DNA of 63,998 nucleotides from Promethearchaeota archaeon (GTDB lineage Archaea; Asgardarchaeota; Lokiarchaeia; Sigyniarchaeales; SOKP01): NCBI GenBank assembly GCA_016840165.1, contig JAEOSU010000031.1, positions 1 to 63,998 of the forward strand, read 5' to 3'. Shown piece by piece: positions 11,037 to 20,951 of this stretch (position 1 is its first letter; each line of letters starts with the position of its first letter). The notes under the pieces were generated by a model. It saw only the letters and a program-made list of their open reading frames with translations, ran no database searches and was not told where the DNA came from. The position numbers and the translations under genes were made by a program.

Positions 11037-11351
11037 CCCTTCATTTTTATATTTTTAATAATAAAGCACCAAGAATGCTTTATTATTATATATAGATTTT
11101 AAGATGATGTTTTTCGTTAGATTCGGGATAGGATAAAATTTGACAATCAAGTATATAAATCTTTTTTTTAATCAATTATATAATATATCTTATGGTTAGA
11201 ATAGCTTATTTTGAATAAGTTTAGGAAAAAAGTATAAAATATTTAACAAAAAATTTCAAAAACTCTTTTCCTAATTCTTTTTAAAGAACAAATATTTTAA
11301 ACTGAGTAATCATACTTTTTTGTTAAAATAATCAGTCATTAATGATTTTAA

Positions 11352-12683
11352 ATGGAAAAAGATTACGATTATTTCTTCAAAATTAGTGTTGTGGGTGATC
11401 CTGGGATCGGAAAGACGGCATTTATAGAGACATTTGCACCAGAAAGTTATTTTAAAAAAGAGTCGCTAAAAAAATCTTTTTTTCAAGAAAGGGTCGTTAA
11501 AAGAATTGGTGTAAATTTTTATGAAGAAACTATAGTTCTTAATACTGATTACGGTTCAAAAAAATGTAAAATTCGGATATGGGATACAGCAGGTCGAAAG
11601 TCTTTTGAAAGCATTCGACCACAGTTCTATAGAGGTTCTAAAGGGGCTATACTTTTTTTCGATTTAGCAAATAGAGATTCTTTTATAAACATTAATAAAT
11701 GGATCGTAGAAGTAAGAGAGGGTTTAATGCGTGACGAGAGAAGAAGGGAGAAGAAAGGAATGGGAAAGATTCCGATTCTTCTAGTCGGGAATAAAAGTGA
11801 TTTAGAGACTTTTAGAGTTTCACCAAAAGAAATAGATCAATTTATCCGTGATCATAATTTATATTATATAGAAACGTCCACTGTAACCAAAGAGGGAATA
11901 ATTGATTGTTTTTATTCAATTACCAGCTTAATGCTTGGAGTAGATATTCATAGTGAATACTTCTTATCAAATGATATAATCTATCGTCCAAATAGAAATC
12001 CTGAGTCCCATACATCTTCAACTCCTACATTATCAGCTAAGGATCTAAGAAATTTAAGTCAGAAAGCTATCTTTCAGAAATTAGATATACTTGAAAAAAA
12101 ACTAGATAGTTTTAAAACCCAAGAAATTGCGTTTTCAAAGCAAATGGAGTTAGAGGAAAGAAAATTAAAACTGAAAGAAAAAGAATTACAAATAAAAGAA
12201 ATACAATTAAATGAAAAACTTCAGGCTGAGGATTTGGGTGTATTAGATAAGAAAATTGTGGTATTTGTAAGCTATGCAACAAAAGATAAGGACTTGTTTA
12301 AAATTAAAGAATTCGCTGAAATTTTAACAACCTATGAAAAAGTCGATGACGTGCTTTATTGGGAAGAGGATCTGAAAGATAATATAGTAAAATATATGAG
12401 TGATAATCTCGATAAATGTGATATACTGCTTTTATTTTGCTCTCCGCACGCTTTGAAGTCAAAAGCGATCGAAAAGGAGTGGACATCGGCAGATATTATG
12501 AATAAACCTATAATACCTATCTTTATAAAATTAAATCACATCCCTCCACTTTTAAAGTCAAGGTTAGGTATAGAATTTGACACATTTGATCTACAGAAAA
12601 CAATTGATGAGGTTTATAATTTAATAATAAAAAAAATGGAAAACAGATTAATCGATATTAAAGATCTTAAAACTGATTTTTAG
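11352..12683 (+). CDS. Rab-like small GTPase - coiled coil - TIR domain fusion
   Basis: G1 GDPGIGKT, G3 WDTAG, G4 NKSD, G5 ETS; EK-rich coiled coil; TIR motifs VFVSYA, FCS and KEW. Confidence 0.88.
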   Translation: MEKDYDYFFKISVVGDPGIGKTAFIETFAPESYFKKESLKKSFFQERVVKRIGVNFYEETIVLNTDYGSKKCKIRIWDTAGRKSFESIRPQFYRGSKGAILFFDLANRDSFININKWIVEVREGLMRDERRREKKGMGKIPILLVGNKSDLETFRVSPKEIDQFIRDHNLYYIETSTVTKEGIIDCFYSITSLMLGVDIHSEYFLSNDIIYRPNRNPESHTSSTPTLSAKDLRNLSQKAIFQKLDILEKKLDSFKTQEIAFSKQMELEERKLKLKEKELQIKEIQLNEKLQAEDLGVLDKKIVVFVSYATKDKDLFKIKEFAEILTTYEKVDDVLYWEEDLKDNIVKYMSDNLDKCDILLLFCSPHALKSKAIEKEWTSADIMNKPIIPIFIKLNHIPPLLKSRLGIEFDTFDLQKTIDEVYNLIIKKMENRLIDIKDLKTDF

Positions 12684-12832
12684 TTCTAAAAAAACATAGG
12701 TCTCGTACATTAATCCTAGAGATTTATAAAGGTTGATTAGTATATGTACAATAAGACATCAGTGGTCAGGGTGAATCTTACCTGCTCTTAACTATAAAAC
12801 ATTGTACTGTAAAAAAGATACTAATTATCACT

Positions 12833-14056
12833 ATGGGTATTACTTGTTTTATGATCGGAGGATTAGGATTGTTTCCTATCTTTGCGAATTATTCTAATGA
12901 GGTTGCTTACCCATATTCCAATTCTGTTTTTGAGGAAAATTGTATCACAGTTGGGTATAACCTTTCCTCAAATATCGAATATATCGGAGGGAAAAGTGAC
13001 TCTTATCCCATTTCCTCCCATGAAACCGTCGTGTCATCCTCATACGGAGCCTCTTCTCTGGAAATAGGGCTTCAAACTTCCTATCCCTTTCCTCCTGATG
13101 ATCGCGTAAGAATAAATGACACGACCAGTTTTCCGTGGAGAACCATTTGTAAGCTCTACATAACTGCTCAAGATGATACTTATTTTATCGGTTCGGGCGC
13201 GATTATTGATGAGTGGCATATTTTAACGGCGGGACATTGCGTTTATATCCATGAAAATGGGGGTTGGGCAAAAGAAATCGAGATCATTCCCGGGATGGAC
13301 GGCTCATACGAACCATATGGGCATACTTATGCGACATATCTTCGTGCGTATAGTGGTTGGACTGAGGACGAGATGGTGGAACATGATTTTGCAGTGGTGA
13401 CTCTTCAAGACCCTTTAGGCAACCTGACAGGCTGGATGGGACGAAGGACCGCAGATTACACTGATCCTATCTATACGGGTACCCTCAATTTAGCAGGATA
13501 CCCCGGAGATTTAGGAGCAGGACGGTATCTGTATTTTGATTCTGATGTTGGTGCTATGGCCGATGAGTACAACCATTGGTTCTGGATGGATACTGCCGCC
13601 GGTCAGAGTGGGAGTCCGGTTTGGCTGTATGACGGTGAGGATCGGTTTATCTTATCGGTATTTGCCTATGAATATATGGGCGGGACTTATGCTAATTTTG
13701 GTACCCGATTAAACCAAGACAAGTTCGACGCGATCAATCACTGGTTGGAAGAAGATGCGGGCTTAACTTATAACCCTATAGACCAGAATTATATGCAAAT
13801 ACTTATTCTCTCCATTTTTATTGGAGTAATAGTTGTAATCGCGTTAGGAATTGCCATATATGTGGTAGCAAGGAAAAAGAAACTTGCACGGGAAAGAAAG
13901 TTGGAGCAATATCCCCCCTATCCTCTGTATAAGCCTCAAACAGTAGAGTATCGATCGGTATCGCTTACGCCTCATACCTTTTGCCCTATGTGTGGACGGA
14001 AGATTGTGAACCCTCAGGCACATTATTGTGTTGATTGCGGCTATAGACTCCAATAA
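12833..14056 (+). CDS. Membrane-anchored trypsin-fold (V8/glutamyl endopeptidase-like) serine protease with cytoplasmic zinc ribbon
   Basis: TAGHC, HDFA and GQSGSP triad motifs; TM helix; CPMCG...CVDCG. Confidence 0.88.
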   Translation: MGITCFMIGGLGLFPIFANYSNEVAYPYSNSVFEENCITVGYNLSSNIEYIGGKSDSYPISSHETVVSSSYGASSLEIGLQTSYPFPPDDRVRINDTTSFPWRTICKLYITAQDDTYFIGSGAIIDEWHILTAGHCVYIHENGGWAKEIEIIPGMDGSYEPYGHTYATYLRAYSGWTEDEMVEHDFAVVTLQDPLGNLTGWMGRRTADYTDPIYTGTLNLAGYPGDLGAGRYLYFDSDVGAMADEYNHWFWMDTAAGQSGSPVWLYDGEDRFILSVFAYEYMGGTYANFGTRLNQDKFDAINHWLEEDAGLTYNPIDQNYMQILILSIFIGVIVVIALGIAIYVVARKKKLARERKLEQYPPYPLYKPQTVEYRSVSLTPHTFCPMCGRKIVNPQAHYCVDCGYRLQ

Positions 14057-14141
14057 CATGAAAATTTGGAATGGAAAGCCATTCTTATTTTAAAGTTAAA
14101 CATTAGATTAACATTATCTTAAAATATATACACTAATTACA

Positions 14142-14654
14142 TTATGTACTTGATGGGCTACCTTGTGAATAGACTATCTGAACGAGAGTAAAGACTGCTT
14201 CCAATAGGTTGAAGAAGAGTGCTGTAGTATAGAAGGCATGCTCTAGATCTGGGAATAAGCCTAGTATTATTAGAATTAAAAAAGCTTGAAGTGGGAATTC
14301 GAATAACAACCAGAAGAAAACACTTTTCAATTTGCTGTCCCGTATTTCGGTAATCGCTTGTTCTCTATTCTCAGGATTTAGTAATGACAAGAGGCTCACG
14401 ATCAAGTTGAGAAAAAAGAAAATAAGGCTACATATGAACCAAAGTAAATGACCAATGAAGCCATAAAGCTCCAAGCCGATTGGGATAATAGCACCAATAA
14501 TCACTAAGAGTCCAATTGTAACGACACCACGAATACGACTAAGTTTAAAAACCTCAATCTCGTCTCGCCGAATTATACTAATGAGTGCAGCAAAGCCAAC
14601 AAAGACTCCTGCAATGTGTGCTATTCCAATAAAGATTTCAACGTTCTGGATCAA
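14142..14654 (-). CDS. Polytopic membrane protein of unknown function
   Basis: About 5 hydrophobic helices in 170 aa. Confidence 0.7.
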   Translation of the reverse strand: MIQNVEIFIGIAHIAGVFVGFAALISIIRRDEIEVFKLSRIRGVVTIGLLVIIGAIIPIGLELYGFIGHLLWFICSLIFFFLNLIVSLLSLLNPENREQAITEIRDSKLKSVFFWLLFEFPLQAFLILIILGLFPDLEHAFYTTALFFNLLEAVFTLVQIVYSQGSPSST

Positions 14655-14915
14655 TATTCACCTCCTAACATATAATTAAATTATTATCCATTGAGATATT
14701 TAAATATTAGTTCAAGTAATTAGGAGATGATTATAGTTTAATAATATGATAAGCTATTTGAACATTTTATTTATTATTTTGATAAATCAATCATTTAGAA
14801 GCGTTTACATTTTTGAATAAAATGCAATTATTTAAAGTTTTATTAATCATGTAGAGAAATATAATTTATAGGCGATTATCATATATATATCGTGAATTGT
14901 TCAACCTGGTGATGT

Positions 14916-17900
14916 ATGATAGGCAATTATGGTACTTATCATAGTAAGAGAGAATATAAGAAAGAATTAAAAAACAGAGAGAAAATAGGAAAGGACGCAG
15001 AGAGGGAAAGACTTAAAGAAAAGGAAATTGATGATAAGAAGAAACAATTGCTTAGACCTTATAAACTAACTTTAGGATTGATTAAAAATCAAAAATATTT
15101 AGGTTTAGAGAAAGAATCCTATCTAAATTCACAACTTTTTCTAAATATCTTAAAAAAAGCAAAATTTGGAAAATTTAAAGGATTAGGGGATGATCTAATA
15201 AAAGATGCGGATAGTTGGAAATATTGGCATCATTTCCATAAATTTAAAGAGGAAACTCCCCCGAAATTTAATGGCGATGTTAACGATCTAAATCTAATGG
15301 TTAAACAGGAAGTAAAAGAATATATTTCAGATATGGAGAAAAACCTTGCCCCAATCTTGAAAGAAGAGAAAGAAATAATAGATGATTTAATTAATAAATA
15401 TAAAGTAGAAACTGGTAGTGGAGATTTTTTAGTTAGACCCTTGGAATTAGGTTCTCATTATAGATCCCAGCTCTATGATTATGGATTTGATATTTTACTT
15501 CGTGTTGGAAGGTATCAAGATACTGTAGATATGTTACACCAATATTCCAGGGATTTTGGTGATGAATCGGATGGAAATAGGATCATTAGATATTACTCAT
15601 TAGATAATAGACCCGAAGTGTGGGATAATAAACGTAAACGCAATATTAAGAATAGAAATTATAAAAAGTGGGTTGCAGAATACTCAAGTAAAATTGAATT
15701 TAAAATTGATAAAATTGTATATAAGATAGAAAAAGAGCTTCAAGAAAAACAAAGGCAATCTCACAGAGATATTGAAAAAATTTTAAAAATGAGTATTTCT
15801 GTAGAAAATCTACTAGAACTTTTTTCGGAAATTATAAATTTAGTTACTAAATATTGGAGCTCTCAAAGATGGAAAGAAATTTCTGCGCAAAAGATGCTTT
15901 CTCTAAAAAATGCTCATCCAGATTATTATTTAAAATTTAAGAACTATATTCAAGAAATTATAAAAATCTGGGATAACCTTCTTCTTGAACTGGATTTAAA
16001 AGTGAACCACATTAATCAATTAAATCAAAAAGAAGATTTTTCTACTGCTTTAACTCAGGTAAATTTTCTTAAAACCTTCATGGATCCAATAAATTCATAC
16101 TTCAAACAATGGGGAGATTCAAATACGGAATTACTTACCAAAATCGGAATTGGAGTAGATAAGTTTCTGGCTTTAAATGCATCATATGAAAATTTAAAAA
16201 ATGATGTTTTACGAAATCAAAAATTAGCTACACAGAGAGAAGAGGAAATTAAGTATACTGAATTTAAAGAAAGCCAGGATAAAGTTAGAATAGAAATAAG
16301 CAATGTTTTTCCAGAAATTGATGATTTAATTTCTCAACTTAATTTTTCTGCTGCTATAAGCAAAAATGAATATATTCTTCGAAAAGCAAAAGACTATCAA
16401 TTAGATGATATAATTCAAAAGATAGAATCTTTCCGTAGCAAATGTGAGATGTTAAAGAATGATTTTGATACTCTTAATAATAATCTAAGTTTAATTGATA
16501 AAAATATCTCCTATGAAGATTATGATTCTTCTCTTAAACTCTGTTTGGAAGGCCTTAAAACAGCAAAAATGGATCGATTTCAAGATTTATACAATGAATA
16601 TGAAGAAAAAAAAATCCTTGTAGAAAGTCTAATAGAAGAAAAGGAGAAGGCTATAGCTAAACAAAATGAAATTAAACGGGAGAAAAAGAGAAGGGAAAAG
16701 GAATTAAGAGCAGAATTAACTATAATTGGGAATCGCATCATCAATTTTGATTTTGCTAAAGCAATACGAGGAACAGAGGCGATTTTAACACAAGCGGTTG
16801 AATTTGACTTATTAGAACTCCAACCAGAAATAACACAAAAGATTACCGATTATAAAATACAACAGCAAGCTTTCAATGAAATTAAAAGAATTGCACAAAT
16901 TTATGAAGAGATTGAGTTATTAGAGTTAGCATCACGATTAAATATCAATTTTGACGTCTTAAAGAATATGATTGAAAATATGATCCTCAAGACCGAGATT
17001 GATGCCTCAATTAAGAATAAAGTTTTGAAAATAAATAAATCAATTACTAACGCTTTAAAAGAAGATCAAACCATTGAAAAACCAATTGAAGAGAAAAAAC
17101 TTGTTAAAACAAAAGATTTTCATATTTTAAGGGGGGGAAATTGGAAAATTGAAGGAGATCGTAGTATATTTCACTATAAAGTAAAGGTCAAAAATGATTC
17201 TTCTTTTGTTATGACCAATATCCAAGTAATCCTCGGTGGTATACCTGCGGGGTTGGAACTCATATCTGATAAATTAATAGAGTTTCCTATATTGAATCCT
17301 AGAAGAGAAATTGCGCCTACGTTTAAGTTAATTGCTACAGATAATTGTGTTGGGAATGAAATTCTTAGTAGCGTTAATTTCACTGATCAAAATGGCACTC
17401 TTCATACAATTCAAACTGATCCATTTGAGATCAAATATGTCTGTAATCTATTAAATCCCAAAGAGATCTCAAAAGAAGAGTTCGATATCAAGACCGAATT
17501 AATGGATTACAAGCGTTTTTCGATAATGAGCGATCATAGTATAGAACATCTTGAGCAAAAAATCGCTTCAATAGTTAAGGAATGTAACTTTTCATTATTA
17601 CAGGAAATTAAATCGGCTCAAATGGAGGGTTATCGAAAGTTTGAAGGCTTTGCGCAGGGTATTTATGATAAACAGGATGTAGGAATCTCATTAATCTTGA
17701 AAGAAGTGGAAAATGGAACTGAAGTCGCAGTAAAAGCCATGAGTGAACGTTCAGAAAAGTTAACTGATATTTTAAAGGATTTTAATATCAAATTAGATGA
17801 TATTAAAGACATAAATGAGTTAATTCTCGAATATACCTCGCATATTGAGGAACTCTTTGTCCAATTAGGAAAATTAGATGATATTGAGGCATATTTGAAG

Positions 17901-18047
17901 GATCATTTGCCAACCGACTGGGAGAAAATAAAAGACATTTGGAAGCTATATAGGAACGGGGAGATTGATTTAAAGACCTTTCTCAAAGAGGGAGTTAAAA
18001 TAGTAGGCAAACGCTTTATCAAGAAAATTATCGAAAAGTATGTATAG
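14916..18047 (+). CDS. Large helical-repeat protein with PCI-like winged helix, coat-appendage-like sandwich+platform and C-terminal helical module
   Basis: Repeated helical hairpins; IYEEIELLELASRLN...IENMILKTEIDASI (PCI-like); YKVKVKNDS...FKL sandwich; PKEISKEEF platform start. Confidence 0.6.
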   Translation: MIGNYGTYHSKREYKKELKNREKIGKDAERERLKEKEIDDKKKQLLRPYKLTLGLIKNQKYLGLEKESYLNSQLFLNILKKAKFGKFKGLGDDLIKDADSWKYWHHFHKFKEETPPKFNGDVNDLNLMVKQEVKEYISDMEKNLAPILKEEKEIIDDLINKYKVETGSGDFLVRPLELGSHYRSQLYDYGFDILLRVGRYQDTVDMLHQYSRDFGDESDGNRIIRYYSLDNRPEVWDNKRKRNIKNRNYKKWVAEYSSKIEFKIDKIVYKIEKELQEKQRQSHRDIEKILKMSISVENLLELFSEIINLVTKYWSSQRWKEISAQKMLSLKNAHPDYYLKFKNYIQEIIKIWDNLLLELDLKVNHINQLNQKEDFSTALTQVNFLKTFMDPINSYFKQWGDSNTELLTKIGIGVDKFLALNASYENLKNDVLRNQKLATQREEEIKYTEFKESQDKVRIEISNVFPEIDDLISQLNFSAAISKNEYILRKAKDYQLDDIIQKIESFRSKCEMLKNDFDTLNNNLSLIDKNISYEDYDSSLKLCLEGLKTAKMDRFQDLYNEYEEKKILVESLIEEKEKAIAKQNEIKREKKRREKELRAELTIIGNRIINFDFAKAIRGTEAILTQAVEFDLLELQPEITQKITDYKIQQQAFNEIKRIAQIYEEIELLELASRLNINFDVLKNMIENMILKTEIDASIKNKVLKINKSITNALKEDQTIEKPIEEKKLVKTKDFHILRGGNWKIEGDRSIFHYKVKVKNDSSFVMTNIQVILGGIPAGLELISDKLIEFPILNPRREIAPTFKLIATDNCVGNEILSSVNFTDQNGTLHTIQTDPFEIKYVCNLLNPKEISKEEFDIKTELMDYKRFSIMSDHSIEHLEQKIASIVKECNFSLLQEIKSAQMEGYRKFEGFAQGIYDKQDVGISLILKEVENGTEVAVKAMSERSEKLTDILKDFNIKLDDIKDINELILEYTSHIEELFVQLGKLDDIEAYLKDHLPTDWEKIKDIWKLYRNGEIDLKTFLKEGVKIVGKRFIKKIIEKYV

Positions 18048-18074
18048 TCCTCGTTTTATAAAGAAAATCGTATA

Positions 18075-18440
18075 CTATTTCAAGATAGTGTGATATAAAA
18101 ATCCAAGTCCATGTGGGGTCGCTTTCCACCCGCTTTCGGTATTCATAAGAAAAAATAATTGTTCAAGCATCGATAAATGATAGTTCAATTGGTCCTCCTC
18201 TAATTGAAACTTATCCTTAATATCCTCAAAAGATCGAGCATGAATATCGATAAATTTCAGAAGTTCTCGTCTCATTTCATTGGTCATGACTGAATAAAGG
18301 TGATCGTGTTCTGCCCTCGGGTCAATATGTTCTGTTTTTTTTAAATATTCATTCATTTCCTCTTTGTTTAAGCAACATTTGTCTAAAATATCATGACTTC
18401 CAACAAAAGTTGAATGATAAATATCTTCGTCCTCTTTCAT
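18075..18440 (-). CDS. ArsR-like winged-helix protein
   Basis: NEMRRELLKFI...LNYHLSMLE...WKATPHG. Confidence 0.7.
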   Translation of the reverse strand: MKEDEDIYHSTFVGSHDILDKCCLNKEEMNEYLKKTEHIDPRAEHDHLYSVMTNEMRRELLKFIDIHARSFEDIKDKFQLEEDQLNYHLSMLEQLFFLMNTESGWKATPHGLGFLYHTILK

Positions 18441-18612
18441 ATTGAATCATAAGAAAAGCTTATTTTTAATTCTTACATAGTGACAAGAAAGAATAATAGA
18501 AAAAAAATAGAATTCTCTTAGGAGTGACTAAGTAAATATTTTCTTTTCACTTTAAAGATCTAAAACCCACTATAGGAGAAATAAAAATAATAATTGAATA
18601 TTCTATGTTACT

Positions 18613-19059
18613 ATGAACGATCAATTAACCGAAATACAAGAGCGAGTTTTACATCATCAAGACTCAACGCGAGTCAAAATACGATTTAATGACACCGATG
18701 CTATGGGAATTGTGCATTTTAAGAACTATATGGTATATTTTGATGATGGATTTGTGAGTTTTATGAATTCAATTGGAGGAAATAAGCCAATTGAGCAATT
18801 TATTTACGAGGGATTTGGGTTAGGGCTAAAACATGTTGATATCACCTATGAAAATACCGCAAAGTTTGGAGATTATATTATAGTGAAAACACAAATAGAA
18901 AAAATTGGCAAAAAATCCTTCACGTTTTTCCATGAGCTTTTTCGAGAGTCTGATGGTAAACGCGTAGCCCTTGTAAAAGCCACTCGTTTTGTTATGGATT
19001 TAAATACGAAAAAGTTAAGGGATATTTTGCTTTTTTTTAAGGAATTTTTGGAGGAATAG
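18613..19059 (+). CDS. Acyl-CoA thioesterase (4HBT/YbgC hotdog family)
   Basis: IRFNDTDAMGIVHFKNY motif. Confidence 0.88.
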   Translation: MNDQLTEIQERVLHHQDSTRVKIRFNDTDAMGIVHFKNYMVYFDDGFVSFMNSIGGNKPIEQFIYEGFGLGLKHVDITYENTAKFGDYIIVKTQIEKIGKKSFTFFHELFRESDGKRVALVKATRFVMDLNTKKLRDILLFFKEFLEE

Positions 19060-19150
19060 AGGCAATAAAAATTATCTTCTTAATTTGAATATCCTTATTT
19101 AACTTGTAAAGTAAAATTAATTGTTAGCAATTGATTTAACGGGAAGATTC

Positions 19151-20758
19151 TTAATCAGAAATTAAATGATTTTTAAAATCCTCTCTTTTTACTGCTCGTA
19201 CATATTTCTCTTCACCACAATGTTCACAATATTGATGGACTGTAGTAAATTTTTGGCATTTATCGCAATAATGCTTATAGGTTTTTCTATACATTTTCCA
19301 TTTTTCTTTTATATCTGCGGGTACCTTATAATATCTCCTGACAATTATAGTAACGAGAGCTGTAGGTGTGATAACAGATATAATAATAATAATCGTAATC
19401 AATTCAGGGGTAATGAATAGCGACTGTGTGAGCTCTGTTAGCCCATACGCATAATAAATATCAAGCTCATTATTTCTTCCATCTGTCCATGCAATATGAG
19501 GAACCCTATTATGATCTAATTGAATTGCAAAATACTCACCGGGACGATAGAAATAATTGGGAGTATCATCATCTGCAATAACAACCTGATTGGAAAAGGT
19601 AGGATTATCTCGATTTTCACCTGTAAAATTTAATGTCCTGTAATAAGGACGATAATAAGCTTCATATTCACTATAGTACACAATATGAAGAGTATTATTG
19701 GAATCAATCACCATATCGGGATTCCACTGATGTCCCAAAATTGAAGGATTTACTAAGATTCGGTCACTCCAATTTTTCCCAAAATTATCTGAATATCGCA
19801 ACCATACGTCCCAATTTGAACTAAATTCATCTGCCCATAATAAATAGAGTCTATCAGTGTTATCAAATTTAATTAAGGGTAGCGTTGTTTTTCCTGTTCC
19901 ATAACCAGCAAAATTTCCATCCGTATTAACCATCTTTGGTGCTGAAAATGTAAACCCCCCGTCAATACTTTTAGAAAATAATAAATTTCCCCCACTATCT
20001 GGAATCCAACTCCATGCTACATGCGGCTCCCCTGTACTATTTAGAGTTACATAAGGACCGATATAATACTCATCTTCTCCTAATGTAGAAATTTCTTGAT
20101 ATGAATCACCTCCATCCATCGAACGACTCAAGCGAACTGTTGCATTGCCATCAGAGACAGTTAAATCAACATCATCATAAACTAAATACACAATATTGTT
20201 ATTACCTACCATAAAAGTCTCTTTATCCGCAAAATAAGTGTTATTTGTAGCATTAACCAGTTTCCATGATTGTCCATAATCCGTGCTTTTTGCGATAGTA
20301 ATCTGACTTAAATAGCCAAGAGGATTATTAAAATACCTTGATTCAAATTCAAGATAAGCATAATATAGAGTCCCATTAAACCAACATAACCAAGGATCAG
20401 ACTGGTGCGTTTCTAAATCATCATACATGGGCATATTGTAGGGGTTGGTCCAAGTGTGTCCGTTGTCCTGTGATTGGACTATACTCACGCGAACACCTGG
20501 TCCATAATGAGTTTCGGCGTTTTTCCAACCTGCAAAAATAATTCCATTATCCGCAATTGCTATCGAAACTTCAACGTGATGAGCATAAAATGTATCATCA
20601 GTAGAAAGTAAAAGATTTCTTGAGAATCCCATAATCTCTTGTACTGATGTTTGTGAGGCCTTAATCAAACCACTTTGGTAGCCAGATACAAAAGATGAAC
20701 AGATAGGTAAAAATAAGGTGATTAGAAAGATACTGATGATATAATATTTTCTTTTCAT
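19151..20758 (-). CDS. Membrane-anchored BNR/Asp-box (sialidase-fold) beta-propeller with cytoplasmic zinc ribbon
   Basis: SQDNGHTW, STDYGQSW, SMDGGDSY, SIDGGFTF and SDNFGKNW Asp boxes; TM; CDKC...CEHC. Confidence 0.82.
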   Translation of the reverse strand: MKRKYYIISIFLITLFLPICSSFVSGYQSGLIKASQTSVQEIMGFSRNLLLSTDDTFYAHHVEVSIAIADNGIIFAGWKNAETHYGPGVRVSIVQSQDNGHTWTNPYNMPMYDDLETHQSDPWLCWFNGTLYYAYLEFESRYFNNPLGYLSQITIAKSTDYGQSWKLVNATNNTYFADKETFMVGNNNIVYLVYDDVDLTVSDGNATVRLSRSMDGGDSYQEISTLGEDEYYIGPYVTLNSTGEPHVAWSWIPDSGGNLLFSKSIDGGFTFSAPKMVNTDGNFAGYGTGKTTLPLIKFDNTDRLYLLWADEFSSNWDVWLRYSDNFGKNWSDRILVNPSILGHQWNPDMVIDSNNTLHIVYYSEYEAYYRPYYRTLNFTGENRDNPTFSNQVVIADDDTPNYFYRPGEYFAIQLDHNRVPHIAWTDGRNNELDIYYAYGLTELTQSLFITPELITIIIIISVITPTALVTIIVRRYYKVPADIKEKWKMYRKTYKHYCDKCQKFTTVHQYCEHCGEEKYVRAVKREDFKNHLISD

Positions 20759-20951
20759 TTTTCTTCAGAAAATTCATATTTAGGTTAAAATTATGGATTC
20801 TGATATAATCAGACCTAGTTTAAATAGCTCTAGGATAGTAAATTTATATTATTTTGCCTTAATGAATTTCTATTTATTAATCTGAAAACTATTGAAATGG
20901 GTATATCTAATTTATGATTTATAACGTAAAGTTTTAGATAATAGCAAAAAG

